Assembly: GCA_043747615.1 (NCBI GenBank)
Contig: JAYTOU010000019.1
Coordinates: 1 to 13,279 of the forward strand
Direction of reading: 5' to 3'
DNA from: Myxococcales bacterium
Lineage (GTDB): Bacteria > Myxococcota_A > Polyangia > Polyangiales > Polyangiaceae
DNA: 13,279 nucleotides
Shown in pieces: positions 1 to 7,943 of this stretch. The notes below the pieces were generated by a model. The model saw only the letters and a program-made list of their open reading frames with translations, did no database searches and was not told the origin of the DNA. Each line of letters begins with the position of its first letter. Within the stretch, counting starts at the first letter, position 1. Made by a program: the position numbers and the translations under genes.

Positions 1-2
1 AC

Positions 3-65
3 GCGGGCGGGCGCGTCCCCGCGCCCATCCCACCCGCGAAGCCACGGTTACGCCGCGTAAAATGA
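3..65 (+). CDS. Possible 3' end of a gene inside the mobile element (AGGRVPAPIPPAKPRLRRVK*), product unknown
   Basis: Frame open from the window edge to TGA at 63-65 with mostly G/C third positions, ending ~70 bp before the terminal repeats. Too short to identify. Confidence 0.3.
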   Translation, partial: AGGRVPAPIPPAKPRLRRVK

Positions 66-135
66 GCCATGGCGCTTCGTTCCATGGGAGCCGCACCCAA
101 AGCGTTTACGACCATCCACGACGTCGGGGAGCTAC

Positions 136-294
136 GCGCTCAGGTGCTCCGGGGCGAGTGCCCAAGTGCTCCGGAATGCGTGCCCAGGTCGTCGGAATCG
201 GTGCCCAAGTGCTCCGGAATGAGTGCCCACGTCAGACCGGAATCGGTGCCCAGGTGTCGCCGGAATGAGTGCCCAAGTGCGGCCGGAATACGCA
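136..294 (+). repeat. Tandem 21-23 bp repeats, consensus GTGCCCARGT-N3-4-CGGAATNN; putative transposase-binding sites
   Basis: Units start at 158, 180, 201, 223, 246 and 269, plus a degenerate copy at 136. They abut each other with no unique spacers. Confidence 0.92.
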
Positions 295-295
295 C

Positions 296-1453
296 GCGTT
301 TCTAGGATCGCTCGGAAAGACGCACCTCCTCGTCGGCGGAGCGATGCAGGACGCCACCGCCAACGCCGTACCCTTCGACGTGCGCTACCAGTACATCTCC
401 GGCGGCATCTCGGACGGCGCGGGCCCGTGCATGGCGTGCTCTACAGGCTGCACGTCCAACGCCGTCGGCTGCAAGAACCCGCCGAACCCGAACCCCACGA
501 ACATCCAGGGGTGCGGCTGGTGGGGATGCTTCCAGTACGACCTCGACCCGCCTGGAAAATTCGTGAGCGGCTTCGCCTCTGCCGCGACGCCGCGAAAAGA
601 AATTCCGATGTTCACGTACTACGAGCTTCTGCAGGCCAGCAACGTAACGGAGGGTAAGCCCGAGGTCACTGCCGCGAACGACGGCGCCTTCATGACGCGC
701 TACTTGGCCGACTACCGATTCTTCCTCCAGCAAATCGGGCAAAGCGTCGCCTTCGTGCACGTGGAGCCTGACTTCTGGGGATACGCCGAGTCGGTGAACG
801 AAGATCCGCACCTCATTCCGGCGGCGGTGGCCTCGGCGAACGCAACCGACTGTGCGAGCGAAGAAAATACGATCGCCGGTCTCGGGCGCTGCTTCGTCTC
901 GATGGCTCGAAAGTACGCGCCAAAGGCCAAAATAAGCCTGCACGCGTCGGCATGGGGAACGCAGACAGACGTGCTGGCCAACACCAGCTCCACGTTCGAC
1001 GCGGCCGCCGAAGCGCAGAAGCTGGGGGCGTTCCTCCGAAGGGCCGGCGCGGCGACCGGTGACTTCATTGTCGTCGACCCGTCGGATCGCGATGCGGGAT
1101 ACTACGCAACACAATCGCGAAACACGTACTGGGACGTGACGAACGCGACGCTTCCGAATTTTCATCAGGCCTTCGCGTGGGCCAAAGCGCTCGCCGAATC
1201 GCTCGGACTTCCCGTCGTGTGGTGGCAGATCCCACTCGGCAACAGCGGCCTGAACGACACCGTGAATCACTGGAAGGACAACCGCGTCGACTACTTTTTC
1301 GGTCACGTCGATGAGCTCGTGAAGGCGCACTCGGTCGGAATGTTCTTCGGCGCTGGGCGCGGAGATCAGACGACGCCGGAGAGCGACAGCGGCAACTTCA
1401 TCACGAAATCAAAGGCGTTTTTCGCTGGCTCGGCTCCTTCGCCCTGTCCGTGA
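296..1453 (+). pseudogene. 5'-truncated (IS-interrupted) glycoside-hydrolase-like protein, probably a secreted TIM-barrel enzyme
   Basis: Long ORF with high-GC codon usage, rich in aromatic residues, with motifs FTYYE, VHVEPDFWGY, DPSDRDAGYY and WWQIPLGN. The ORF-finder start (GTG 269) lies inside the IS end. No signal peptide remains despite many Cys. The first internal ATG is at 344. Confidence 0.65.
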
Positions 1454-1634
1454 AATGAGGATGCGGCGTACGACGGCACCATTCGTCTGAGGTAGCTCGG
1501 CCAGTCGTCGCTACTGATGCTTCTGCGTCTGCAGCGCATGGCTGTTGACGCACTTGCTGCTCGTCCACGCGGGTCGTGGCGCAACTGATTCCGATGACGA
1601 CGGCCATCAGCAAGATGACGCGCGTACGCCTCAT
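1401..1634 (-). CDS. Possible small lipoprotein or gene remnant (77 aa)
   Basis: N-terminus MRRTR-VILLMAVVIGIS-C resembles a lipoprotein signal and starts 7 bp after the carF stop. The 3' end overlaps the convergent gene by 53 bp. Confidence 0.35.
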   Translation of the reverse strand: MRRTRVILLMAVVIGISCATTRVDEQQVRQQPCAADAEASVATTGRATSDEWCRRTPHPHFTDRAKEPSQRKTPLIS

Positions 1635-1641
1635 GGCGCGT

Positions 1642-2442
1642 TCAGAGATTCTTTGGAAGCAACAATTTTGCTTCGAGTGGCGCTTTCAGAGTGGCCAGCG
1701 CCTGCGCAGCCTCGGCCAGCGCGGCGCCCTTCCCGATGTCGTCTTCCCGCGGCACAGCGCCGGTGAGGGCGGTGATCAGGCGCTCGAGCGTCTCGAAGAA
1801 GCGGATGGCGCGAAGCGGACCGTTCAGCCAGCCCGCGGTGATGCAGTAGTTCCTGCTGAAGGGCGCGCTGTGGTGCACCGCGTGATGCCGGCGCGAGAGG
1901 ATCAAACGCGCGCGCTGGAGCCCAGCGATTACCCGCGGCGGCTTCTTCATGTGCGCCCATTTGTGAACCTGGCTCGTGATCGTGACGCAGCACGCGCCCG
2001 ACAGGAGGGTCATGCCGAGAAACCAGGACCCAAGGGTCTTCAGATCGACGAACGCCAGACCGCTTCCAGAGACGAGGAGAGAGAGCGCAAAGTTGTGGCC
2101 GTTGGTCTCGACGAAATCATGACGGGTGATGGACTCTTGATCGACGTGGTGCTCGCGAAAGGTGCGGATCGCGAGGGGCCCGAGGATCGGCATGTCTGGG
2201 CTTCCCCAGCTGTCGCACCCCCAGTGAATGAAACCCGAAAGGAAGTCGGCCAAGAGCAGCCCGACGAAGAGCGCGAGGGGCACGAACCACCCCGACGAGG
2301 ACGGGCTGCGCACGACCCTCACCGCCAACCACGCAATGCCTGTGATACCAGCAAGCACGCCGCCGACCTCGTACACGCGATGGCCGACGGTGTAGCCTGA
2401 AGAGAGTTGCTCTCGATCTCGCTGCTGTATTCGCCGATCCAT
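1642..2442 (-). CDS. carF: CarF/TMEM189 (PEDS1) family plasmanylethanolamine desaturase, 266 aa
   Basis: His motifs ADFLSGFIHW, FREHH, ITRHDFVETNG, QVHKWAH and RHHAVHH, plus YCITAGWLN and the myxobacterial tail PREDDIG. Hydrophobic helices are present. ATG at 2442 has GAGGA upstream and is preferred over the ORF-finder start at 2487. Confidence 0.93.
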   Translation of the reverse strand: MDRRIQQRDREQLSSGYTVGHRVYEVGGVLAGITGIAWLAVRVVRSPSSSGWFVPLALFVGLLLADFLSGFIHWGCDSWGSPDMPILGPLAIRTFREHHVDQESITRHDFVETNGHNFALSLLVSGSGLAFVDLKTLGSWFLGMTLLSGACCVTITSQVHKWAHMKKPPRVIAGLQRARLILSRRHHAVHHSAPFSRNYCITAGWLNGPLRAIRFFETLERLITALTGAVPREDDIGKGAALAEAAQALATLKAPLEAKLLLPKNL

Positions 2443-2620
2443 TGCCGTCCTCAACCGTAACGGTTTCGTCCGTCTGATCTCAAGCAATACGCACGAAGGA
2501 AGGCCGCGGTTCGCCCAGACGCCAAAACGGCCAAAAAAAGCTGCGAAACATGGGTCCGCGGGTGACGTACCATGTGTGCGATGCTGCGCTGGGGTCCGCG
2601 CTACGACTACCGAGACGGTC

Positions 2621-2733
2621 GAAGCCCGCGGGCACTACGACAACATGATGAACCCGAAGTACCGCCGCGTCGGCATCGGGCTGTTTGATCCGGCGGGCAC
2701 ACGCTCTACCTGACGAACGATCTCTCTGATTGA
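2621..2733 (+). pseudogene. C-terminal remnant of a CAP/SCP-domain protein with a frameshift
   Basis: 2621-2698 translates to EARGHYDNMMNPKYRRVGIGLFDPAG. After a 1-nt shift, 2701-2733 gives TLYLTNDLSD*. This matches the CAP-domain ending GHxxNxxxxxxxxxGxG...YxTxxF. No recognisable N-terminal part. Confidence 0.7.
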
Positions 2734-2751
2734 AGTGCTACCCTCGCAGGC

Positions 2752-3051
2752 ATGCACGCCCTCCGCTCAGCCCTGGCTTTTCTCGCCGCGACGGCGATCG
2801 TAGGGCTTGGTTGCTCGAGCAACGCAGCTCACGGAGGTGGAAGCCCGTGCGCGACGGACGGTGACTGCGCCTCCGGGGCGTGCCTCGATCTGGCCGTATT
2901 CAGCGGTGGCGACGGCGGGCTGACCTGCCGCAGCGCCGGAAAAGCCTGCTCGAAGACGTGCGCGGCGGACAGCGACTGCACTTCGCTCGGCGCAAACTTC
3001 AAGTGCTTCCAGGGATGCGGGAGCACGATGACCTGCGGCGCAACGCTCTAG
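2752..3051 (+). CDS. Small Cys-rich lipoprotein (99 aa)
   Basis: Hydrophobic signal ending in GLG-C, two CxxDxDC motifs (CATDGDC, CAADSDC) and 10 further Cys in total after the lipidated Cys. TACCCT lies 7 nt upstream of the ATG. Confidence 0.85.
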   Translation: MHALRSALAFLAATAIVGLGCSSNAAHGGGSPCATDGDCASGACLDLAVFSGGDGGLTCRSAGKACSKTCAADSDCTSLGANFKCFQGCGSTMTCGATL

Positions 3052-3183
3052 ACGGGTCGGACGACGCTCGCCGGTAGATCGTTACGAAGTCGCTGAGCGT
3101 ATTTCCGGTCGGCCTCGGGGGATCCGGCGTCAGTGTCCGCGGCGTCGATCGAAGTCGAGCCTCCGTAGTTGAGAACATGGGTT

Positions 3184-5043
3184 TCACTTCGCATGAGCAG
3201 GTCGGTCAGGGGTCGAGCATCGAACGACCTGAGAGTCCTCGGTGATCTCCAGGAACTGATTGACGTCGAGGTCGCGAAGGACTTGCACCTTGGGCGGATT
3301 CGTCGGCCAGCGGATCTCGACCTCGTCGATCTTTTTCACGTTTCCCAAGCCGAAGTGGGCGTACGCCGGATCGGCCGCACCGAAGGTCCCCTTCCCTCCG
3401 GAGATCTCGCGCATCTGCGTGAGGCAGCCGGCGGTCACCTTGATTCGCGCCCCGATGCCCCGGGCATTTGCGGTCGTTCCCTTCAGCGTGATGGTGACGA
3501 AGCCGTTGTGGTTTCCGATCACGTTCTCGAAGAGATGGATCTGCTCGACGCCGCCCGGGGCCTGCTGACTGCCGGTGTTCACCGAGCCCATGAGGATGTC
3601 GAGATCTCCGTCGCGGTCGAAGTCGTCCACCGTGAGCCCGTTGGAGTTGAACATCGCCGATTTCACGCCCGACAGATCAGTGAAGTTCACGAACGTGTGA
3701 TCCGGAAGCTGGTGGTAGAGCCAGGCATGACTAGTCAGGTACGCGCTGTTTTCGATCACCATATCGAGGAGCCCGTCATTGTCGAAATCGAGCCAGCTCA
3801 CGCCGTGGTCGCCTTCGTCGCCGTTGTCGCCGTCGGCGCCCGTGCTGTTGAGATCGCGATTGATCCCCGTCTCCGCGAGCGTCGGCCTTTCGAAGACGAA
3901 CCCGTTCGCAGGCCCCGTGTTGCGCAGGATGCGTGAGCGGTCGGCGGTGCTCCGCGGGTAGTCTCCGTGGGTGGTCGTGGCGGTCATCACGTCGAGATCG
4001 CCGTCGTTGTCGTAATCCGCGCAGGCCGTCGCGAAGCCATTTCCGCCCTGCCGCCAGCTCGCGGTCTCTCCGGGGTTGGACTGATCGTCCATGTCGTACG
4101 TCGTCGTGCGGCTCGCGTTCAGGAATTTGCCGCCGACATTTTGCCAGAGATCGTTCCTGCCTAGCGCATAGGTCGAGGTTAGGAGATCGGGCCAGCCATC
4201 GTCGTTCCAGTCACACGCCGTCACGCCGTAGGTGGGCTTCGTGTACATCGCGCTCGCAGCTCCGGCGGCAAGAGAGGTGGTGATGCCCGCTTCGTCGTTC
4301 GCGAGGGTGAACGTGCCGCCTCCCGCGTTGCGATAGAGGTTATTTTGGTACGAGTCGATCGTCGGGTAGGCGATCATGAAGTTGCCGACGAAGAGGTCGA
4401 GCTTTCCGTCGAGATCGTAGTCGACGAACGTCGCCGCGGCTGTCGTCAACGGCCACGGCTTGTCGACGCCAGACGTCGGAAGCAGCGTAAACTGGCCCTT
4501 TCCGTCGTTCAGATAGATCTCGTTCGAGTCTTGAACGAGCTTCGCGCCGCTGGGCGCCTGCGAATAGCTTCCGGAGAAGAGGTCGAGATCTCCGTCCCCG
4601 TCGACGTCGCCGAACGCGACCATGAGCGCGGTCTGTCCGTCGCTTCCATCGCGGTTCTTGGTGATCCCGGATTCGGCGGTCGTCTCGACGAACGTGCGCA
4701 GTCCATTCGGGCCCGGACGGTTCATGTAGAGGTGCTGGAGGCCGCGGGTGACGCCCGTCTCGATGGCGACGAAATCGGGGAAACCGTCGCCGTCCACGTC
4801 GCCAAAGGTGACGCGACGACCAAGCTTCCCTTCGAGCCCGGCGTCGACGAAGACGTCTTTGAAGAATCCGCCGCTGACGTCCGTCTCGGCAAGATGCGCC
4901 GGCACGTGTGCGCAGGCGGGCGCGGTCGCAGCAGCGGAAACGTGGCACGTCGCTTGGGCGGCAGGGTCGCTCGAGTGAGCGCTGCTGCTGCACGCGGCAA
5001 CCAGGACGGACGAAAGCAAAACGGTCGCGAGAGATTTCTTCAT
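3184..5043 (-). CDS. CRTAC1-family lipoprotein: FG-GAP/VCBS beta-propeller repeats plus C-terminal ASPIC/UnbV domain
   Basis: Lipobox LVAA-C. Repeated Ca-binding DxDxDGxxD motifs (DVDGDGFPD, DVDGDGDLD, DYDLDGKLD, DWNDDGWPD, DYDNDGDLD, DFDNDGLLD, DFDRDGDLD). C-terminal GIGARI...AHFGLG...VEIRWP is typical of UnbV_ASPIC. Confidence 0.92.
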   Translation of the reverse strand: MKKSLATVLLSSVLVAACSSSAHSSDPAAQATCHVSAAATAPACAHVPAHLAETDVSGGFFKDVFVDAGLEGKLGRRVTFGDVDGDGFPDFVAIETGVTRGLQHLYMNRPGPNGLRTFVETTAESGITKNRDGSDGQTALMVAFGDVDGDGDLDLFSGSYSQAPSGAKLVQDSNEIYLNDGKGQFTLLPTSGVDKPWPLTTAAATFVDYDLDGKLDLFVGNFMIAYPTIDSYQNNLYRNAGGGTFTLANDEAGITTSLAAGAASAMYTKPTYGVTACDWNDDGWPDLLTSTYALGRNDLWQNVGGKFLNASRTTTYDMDDQSNPGETASWRQGGNGFATACADYDNDGDLDVMTATTTHGDYPRSTADRSRILRNTGPANGFVFERPTLAETGINRDLNSTGADGDNGDEGDHGVSWLDFDNDGLLDMVIENSAYLTSHAWLYHQLPDHTFVNFTDLSGVKSAMFNSNGLTVDDFDRDGDLDILMGSVNTGSQQAPGGVEQIHLFENVIGNHNGFVTITLKGTTANARGIGARIKVTAGCLTQMREISGGKGTFGAADPAYAHFGLGNVKKIDEVEIRWPTNPPKVQVLRDLDVNQFLEITEDSQVVRCSTPDRPAHAK

Positions 5044-5250
5044 GGCGTGACGACGATCTGACGGCTGGCTCTTCAGCTGTCCACGACGATCGCTCGAAAT
5101 CTTAGAGAATTTAGTTTCTAAAGCGCGCGCCTCCCGCAGGCTCTAAATCGCCTTGTCTTGGAGACGGTGGTTGCCGAGGGCGCGATGAATCTCGAGCGCG
5201 GCGTCGATCAGACGAAGAAACGCGTTGGTGGGACGGTGCCGAGCGAGCAC

Positions 5251-6015
5251 TCAGTTGCCGCGCTGGCTCGCGCAACACCGGAAGCCGGTGCTGTAGTCCC
5301 GGTACGACGGGTTGTGCGCGGTCGTCTTGTAGAAGCAGCCGTCGCCGTTCCTGTGCGTGTCCATGTAGTAACCGCCGCGGAACTGCCCGCTCGAATCGGA
5401 CGTCCATTCGTGGAGATTGCCGACCATGTCGAAGACACCAAAGGTGTTCTTGCAGCCTGCCCGCGTTCCGGTGCGAGAGAGCGTGTGCGGCAGCTGGTTG
5501 ATCCGCGGATCGTTCATCTTCACCGGATCGCCGAAAGACTCCAGCGCCGGGCCGAAGAGCTCGAGGATGGGGTGCACGCGCGTCCCGTCGCCGTTGCAGC
5601 GTCCCGGAATTTCATCGTCGCCGTAGGGGTATTTGGTGGCCGTTTTTCCCATGCACGCGGTCTGCCATTCGTCGGGCGTGCACAGCCTCTTCTTTGCCCC
5701 CTCGCAGGCGGTCTTTGCCTCGGTGCCCGAGATGTATCCCTGAGGGACGACATCTCGCGTCGAGATCGCGCGCATCTTTTTTCCGCCCACGGGGTCGAAC
5801 GGCGAATGGCCGACGGTGGCCCCTGCGGCGCTCACCTCCATCAGCCCAGCTTCGTAGCGATCGATGCAGAACGCCGGGTTCGTGCCGTCATCGATGGTGG
5901 CCATGCCCGCTGGACAAGCCGACACGCGGGCCTCGAGCACGAGCGCACCGGACAGCACCGACGCCGCGATGCTGAGCGACAGGCCCCACGGTCTCAGGCG
6001 ACGCAAACGCTCCAC
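5251..6015 (-). CDS. Secreted SUMF1/FGE-sulfatase-fold (C-type lectin-like) protein, ~254 aa
   Basis: Motifs CPAGM, FCIDRYE, KRLCTPDEWQTAC, YPYG, FGVFDMVGNLHEW, RGG and GFRCC. A signal-like stretch follows GTG 6015. The ORF-finder start at 6264 lies inside the kinase gene and is rejected. Confidence 0.88.
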   Translation of the reverse strand: MERLRRLRPWGLSLSIAASVLSGALVLEARVSACPAGMATIDDGTNPAFCIDRYEAGLMEVSAAGATVGHSPFDPVGGKKMRAISTRDVVPQGYISGTEAKTACEGAKKRLCTPDEWQTACMGKTATKYPYGDDEIPGRCNGDGTRVHPILELFGPALESFGDPVKMNDPRINQLPHTLSRTGTRAGCKNTFGVFDMVGNLHEWTSDSSGQFRGGYYMDTHRNGDGCFYKTTAHNPSYRDYSTGFRCCASQRGN

Positions 6016-6035
6016 GCCGCAGAATTTAGCACCAA

Positions 6036-7847
6036 TTACTCCGGCTTGAAGGAGAGATCGATTTCCGCTGAGCTCGAGCCTGGCTCGGTCATCTTCACCC
6101 TTCGCCCCGTCGACGAGTTGACGACGCACTGCCCGATGGGGGCGAGCGCTTCGGATCCCGCGAACGATGCTTCGGTCACCATGCCGTCTCGGTCGAAGAC
6201 GAGATGGAGTACGCCCGGCCCTCCGGTCGCCGTTCCCCGCGTGCGCAGCCCTTCGCGGTAGCACTGGGTGAACCTGAGCATCGGCAGAGCGTTCATCACG
6301 TCGGCGCTGTTCGCGTGCTCGACCTTGATCAACCCGATCTGCACCCGCGCCGCGTCGAACGGACCTGGCGGCGCCGGAGGAAGGGAGGGCGCGCTCGCAG
6401 ACGGGGTGGCGGAAGCCGAAGGCGCCGTGGTGCTCGGCGAGCCAACCGGAGGGTGTGCGCTGGGCTTCGCCGACACGAGTGGTGCGGCACTCGCTTGAGC
6501 GCTCGGCGGACTTGCGACCAGCGGTTCGCGCAGCACATCGTGGGCGGCAGGGACGAGCGGGGCGACCGACTGTGCCGCCTTGCCCGTGCTCACCGGTGAA
6601 ACCGTTGCGACGGCAGGCGAAGGTTCGACGCTGACCACCGCTTGTTGCGGATGCGACCGTAAGGCCATCGCCCCGACGGCCACGATGGCGCCCACCGCAA
6701 GTGAGCCCAAGACCAATTTTCGCAGTCGCAGGCTGGTGGGAGGCGGGAGGCTCGACTGAAGCTCTCGCCCCGCGTTCGGCCGGGACATCACGGCGGACTC
6801 GCGCTCGGTGATGATGACCCCACTTGGTGCACGCGCCGCGATGTCGACCGTGGTGGCGATCGCCGTCGATGGCGCGATGACCGGAAATGCGTGGCTCCCC
6901 GTCACGGGCCGGGTGAGCGGCATCGGCGACGTCGAAAGCATCGGCTGGTACTCTTCCAGGGCAGCCATCAGCGCGTGGCGCATGTCGCGCGCCGTGCTGT
7001 AACGCTTGTCCGGGCTCTTCTGCATCGCCTTCAGGCAGACCGCTTCGAGCCCTCGATCGACGCCGGGCTGGCGCTCGGACGGCGGCCGCGGCTCCTCGAC
7101 GATGTGCTTGAGGAGGATGCCGAGCGCGGTCTCCGCGTCGAACGGAACCTTCCCGGCGAGGAGCTCGTAGAGGATCACTCCCACCGAGTAGAGATCGCTC
7201 CGCGTGTCGAGGGCCTCGCCGCGCGCCTGCTCAGGCGACATGTACTCGGGCGTTCCCAGCACCGAGCCGTCCCCGGTGAGCTTTTCGCTGTTGGCAGTAG
7301 ACGCCTCGGCGCGCGAGGAGACGAGCTTCGCGATCCCGAAATCGCAGACCTTGACGACTTCCTTCATGCCTCCTTCGTCATCTCGCGACTCGAGAATGAC
7401 GATGTTCTCCGGCTTGAGATCGCGGTGGACGACGCCCATGTCGTGGGCCATGGCAAGAGCGGCGAGGATCTGACGCAGAAGGTCGACGATGCGCGGTGTC
7501 GCGAGGAGCCCCTCGGCTTGGATCACCTTGAACAGAGTGCGCCCGTCGAGGAGCTCCATCGCGATGTAACAGAGCCCGTCGTCTTCGCCGTAGTCGAGGA
7601 CGCGCACCGAGTTCGGGTGGTCGAGCCGGGATGCAGCCTTCGCTTCGCGTTGAAATCGAGCGGTGAACGCGGGATCGGTCACGAGACTGCTGTGAAGAAC
7701 CTTGATGGCGACGAGCTTGTCGAGGGCGATCTGGCGTGCGCGGTACACCGCTCCCATCGCGCCGCGGCCGAGGAACGACTCGATTAAGAACTTGCCTGCA
7801 ATCGTGCGCCCTAGGAGGGCGTCGTGGTCGTCGGCGAGTGTTCCCAT
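6036..7847 (-). CDS. Membrane-anchored Hanks-type Ser/Thr protein kinase with Pro/Ala/Ser linker and AgmX/PglI-like (TonB-C-like) C-terminal domain
   Basis: Catalytic motifs LGRGAMGAVY, VAIK, HRDLKPEN, DFG, GTPEYMSPEQ and DLYSVG. TM segment LVLGSLAVGAIVAVGAMAL. C-terminal FTQCYREGL...LVFDRDGMV...GQCV pattern; this last domain call is less certain. Confidence 0.95.
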   Translation of the reverse strand: MGTLADDHDALLGRTIAGKFLIESFLGRGAMGAVYRARQIALDKLVAIKVLHSSLVTDPAFTARFQREAKAASRLDHPNSVRVLDYGEDDGLCYIAMELLDGRTLFKVIQAEGLLATPRIVDLLRQILAALAMAHDMGVVHRDLKPENIVILESRDDEGGMKEVVKVCDFGIAKLVSSRAEASTANSEKLTGDGSVLGTPEYMSPEQARGEALDTRSDLYSVGVILYELLAGKVPFDAETALGILLKHIVEEPRPPSERQPGVDRGLEAVCLKAMQKSPDKRYSTARDMRHALMAALEEYQPMLSTSPMPLTRPVTGSHAFPVIAPSTAIATTVDIAARAPSGVIITERESAVMSRPNAGRELQSSLPPPTSLRLRKLVLGSLAVGAIVAVGAMALRSHPQQAVVSVEPSPAVATVSPVSTGKAAQSVAPLVPAAHDVLREPLVASPPSAQASAAPLVSAKPSAHPPVGSPSTTAPSASATPSASAPSLPPAPPGPFDAARVQIGLIKVEHANSADVMNALPMLRFTQCYREGLRTRGTATGGPGVLHLVFDRDGMVTEASFAGSEALAPIGQCVVNSSTGRRVKMTEPGSSSAEIDLSFKPE

Positions 7848-7943
7848 CGCGCGCGAGTCTACCTTATTTGTCGACGAATCACTTCCCTTTGCATGGGGGA
7901 ATCTCGTGCAAGCGCCTTATTTTCCAGTCTAAGCTCGCTTCCG
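7848..7943. promoter_or_regulatory. Divergent promoter region between the kinase and the peptidase/ATP-grasp genes
   Basis: 96-bp AT-richer spacer. TAGACT (- strand, 7856-7861) lies 8 nt before the kinase ATG, and TAAGCT (+ strand, 7930-7935) lies 8 nt before the peptidase ATG. Confidence 0.6.

Larger units (their letters stand above)
1..294. mobile_element. One end of an IS21-family insertion sequence; the rest lies left of the window
   Basis: Terminus ...GTGCCCAAGTGCGGCCGGAATACGCA at 294 (reverse complement TGCGTATTCCGGCCGCACTTGGGCACTCATTCCGG). The TG...CA end with multiple internal ~22-bp repeats is typical of IS21-family ends. No istA/istB is visible in the window. Confidence 0.8.

Noticed and set aside
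67..86. CCATGG-N9-CCATGG hairpin as a terminator
   Set aside because: The stem is only 6 bp with no U-tract, which is too weak to call.
136..294. CRISPR array
   Set aside because: The repeats abut with only 3-4 variable nt and no spacers, no cas genes are present, and the array ends in an IS-like CA terminus.
62..657. ORFs 62..268, 69..305 and 223..657
   Set aside because: They are translations of the IS terminal repeats or off-frame shadows of the hydrolase gene.
2999..3187. 62-aa minus-strand ORF overlapping the FG-GAP gene stop (GTGA)
   Set aside because: No recognisable motif, and it overlaps the convergent lipoprotein gene; probably spurious.
5251..6015. Diversity-generating retroelement target, or a true formylglycine-generating enzyme
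   Set aside because: No reverse transcriptase or template repeat was seen in the window, the catalytic Cys pair is absent, and there is no adjacent sulfatase.
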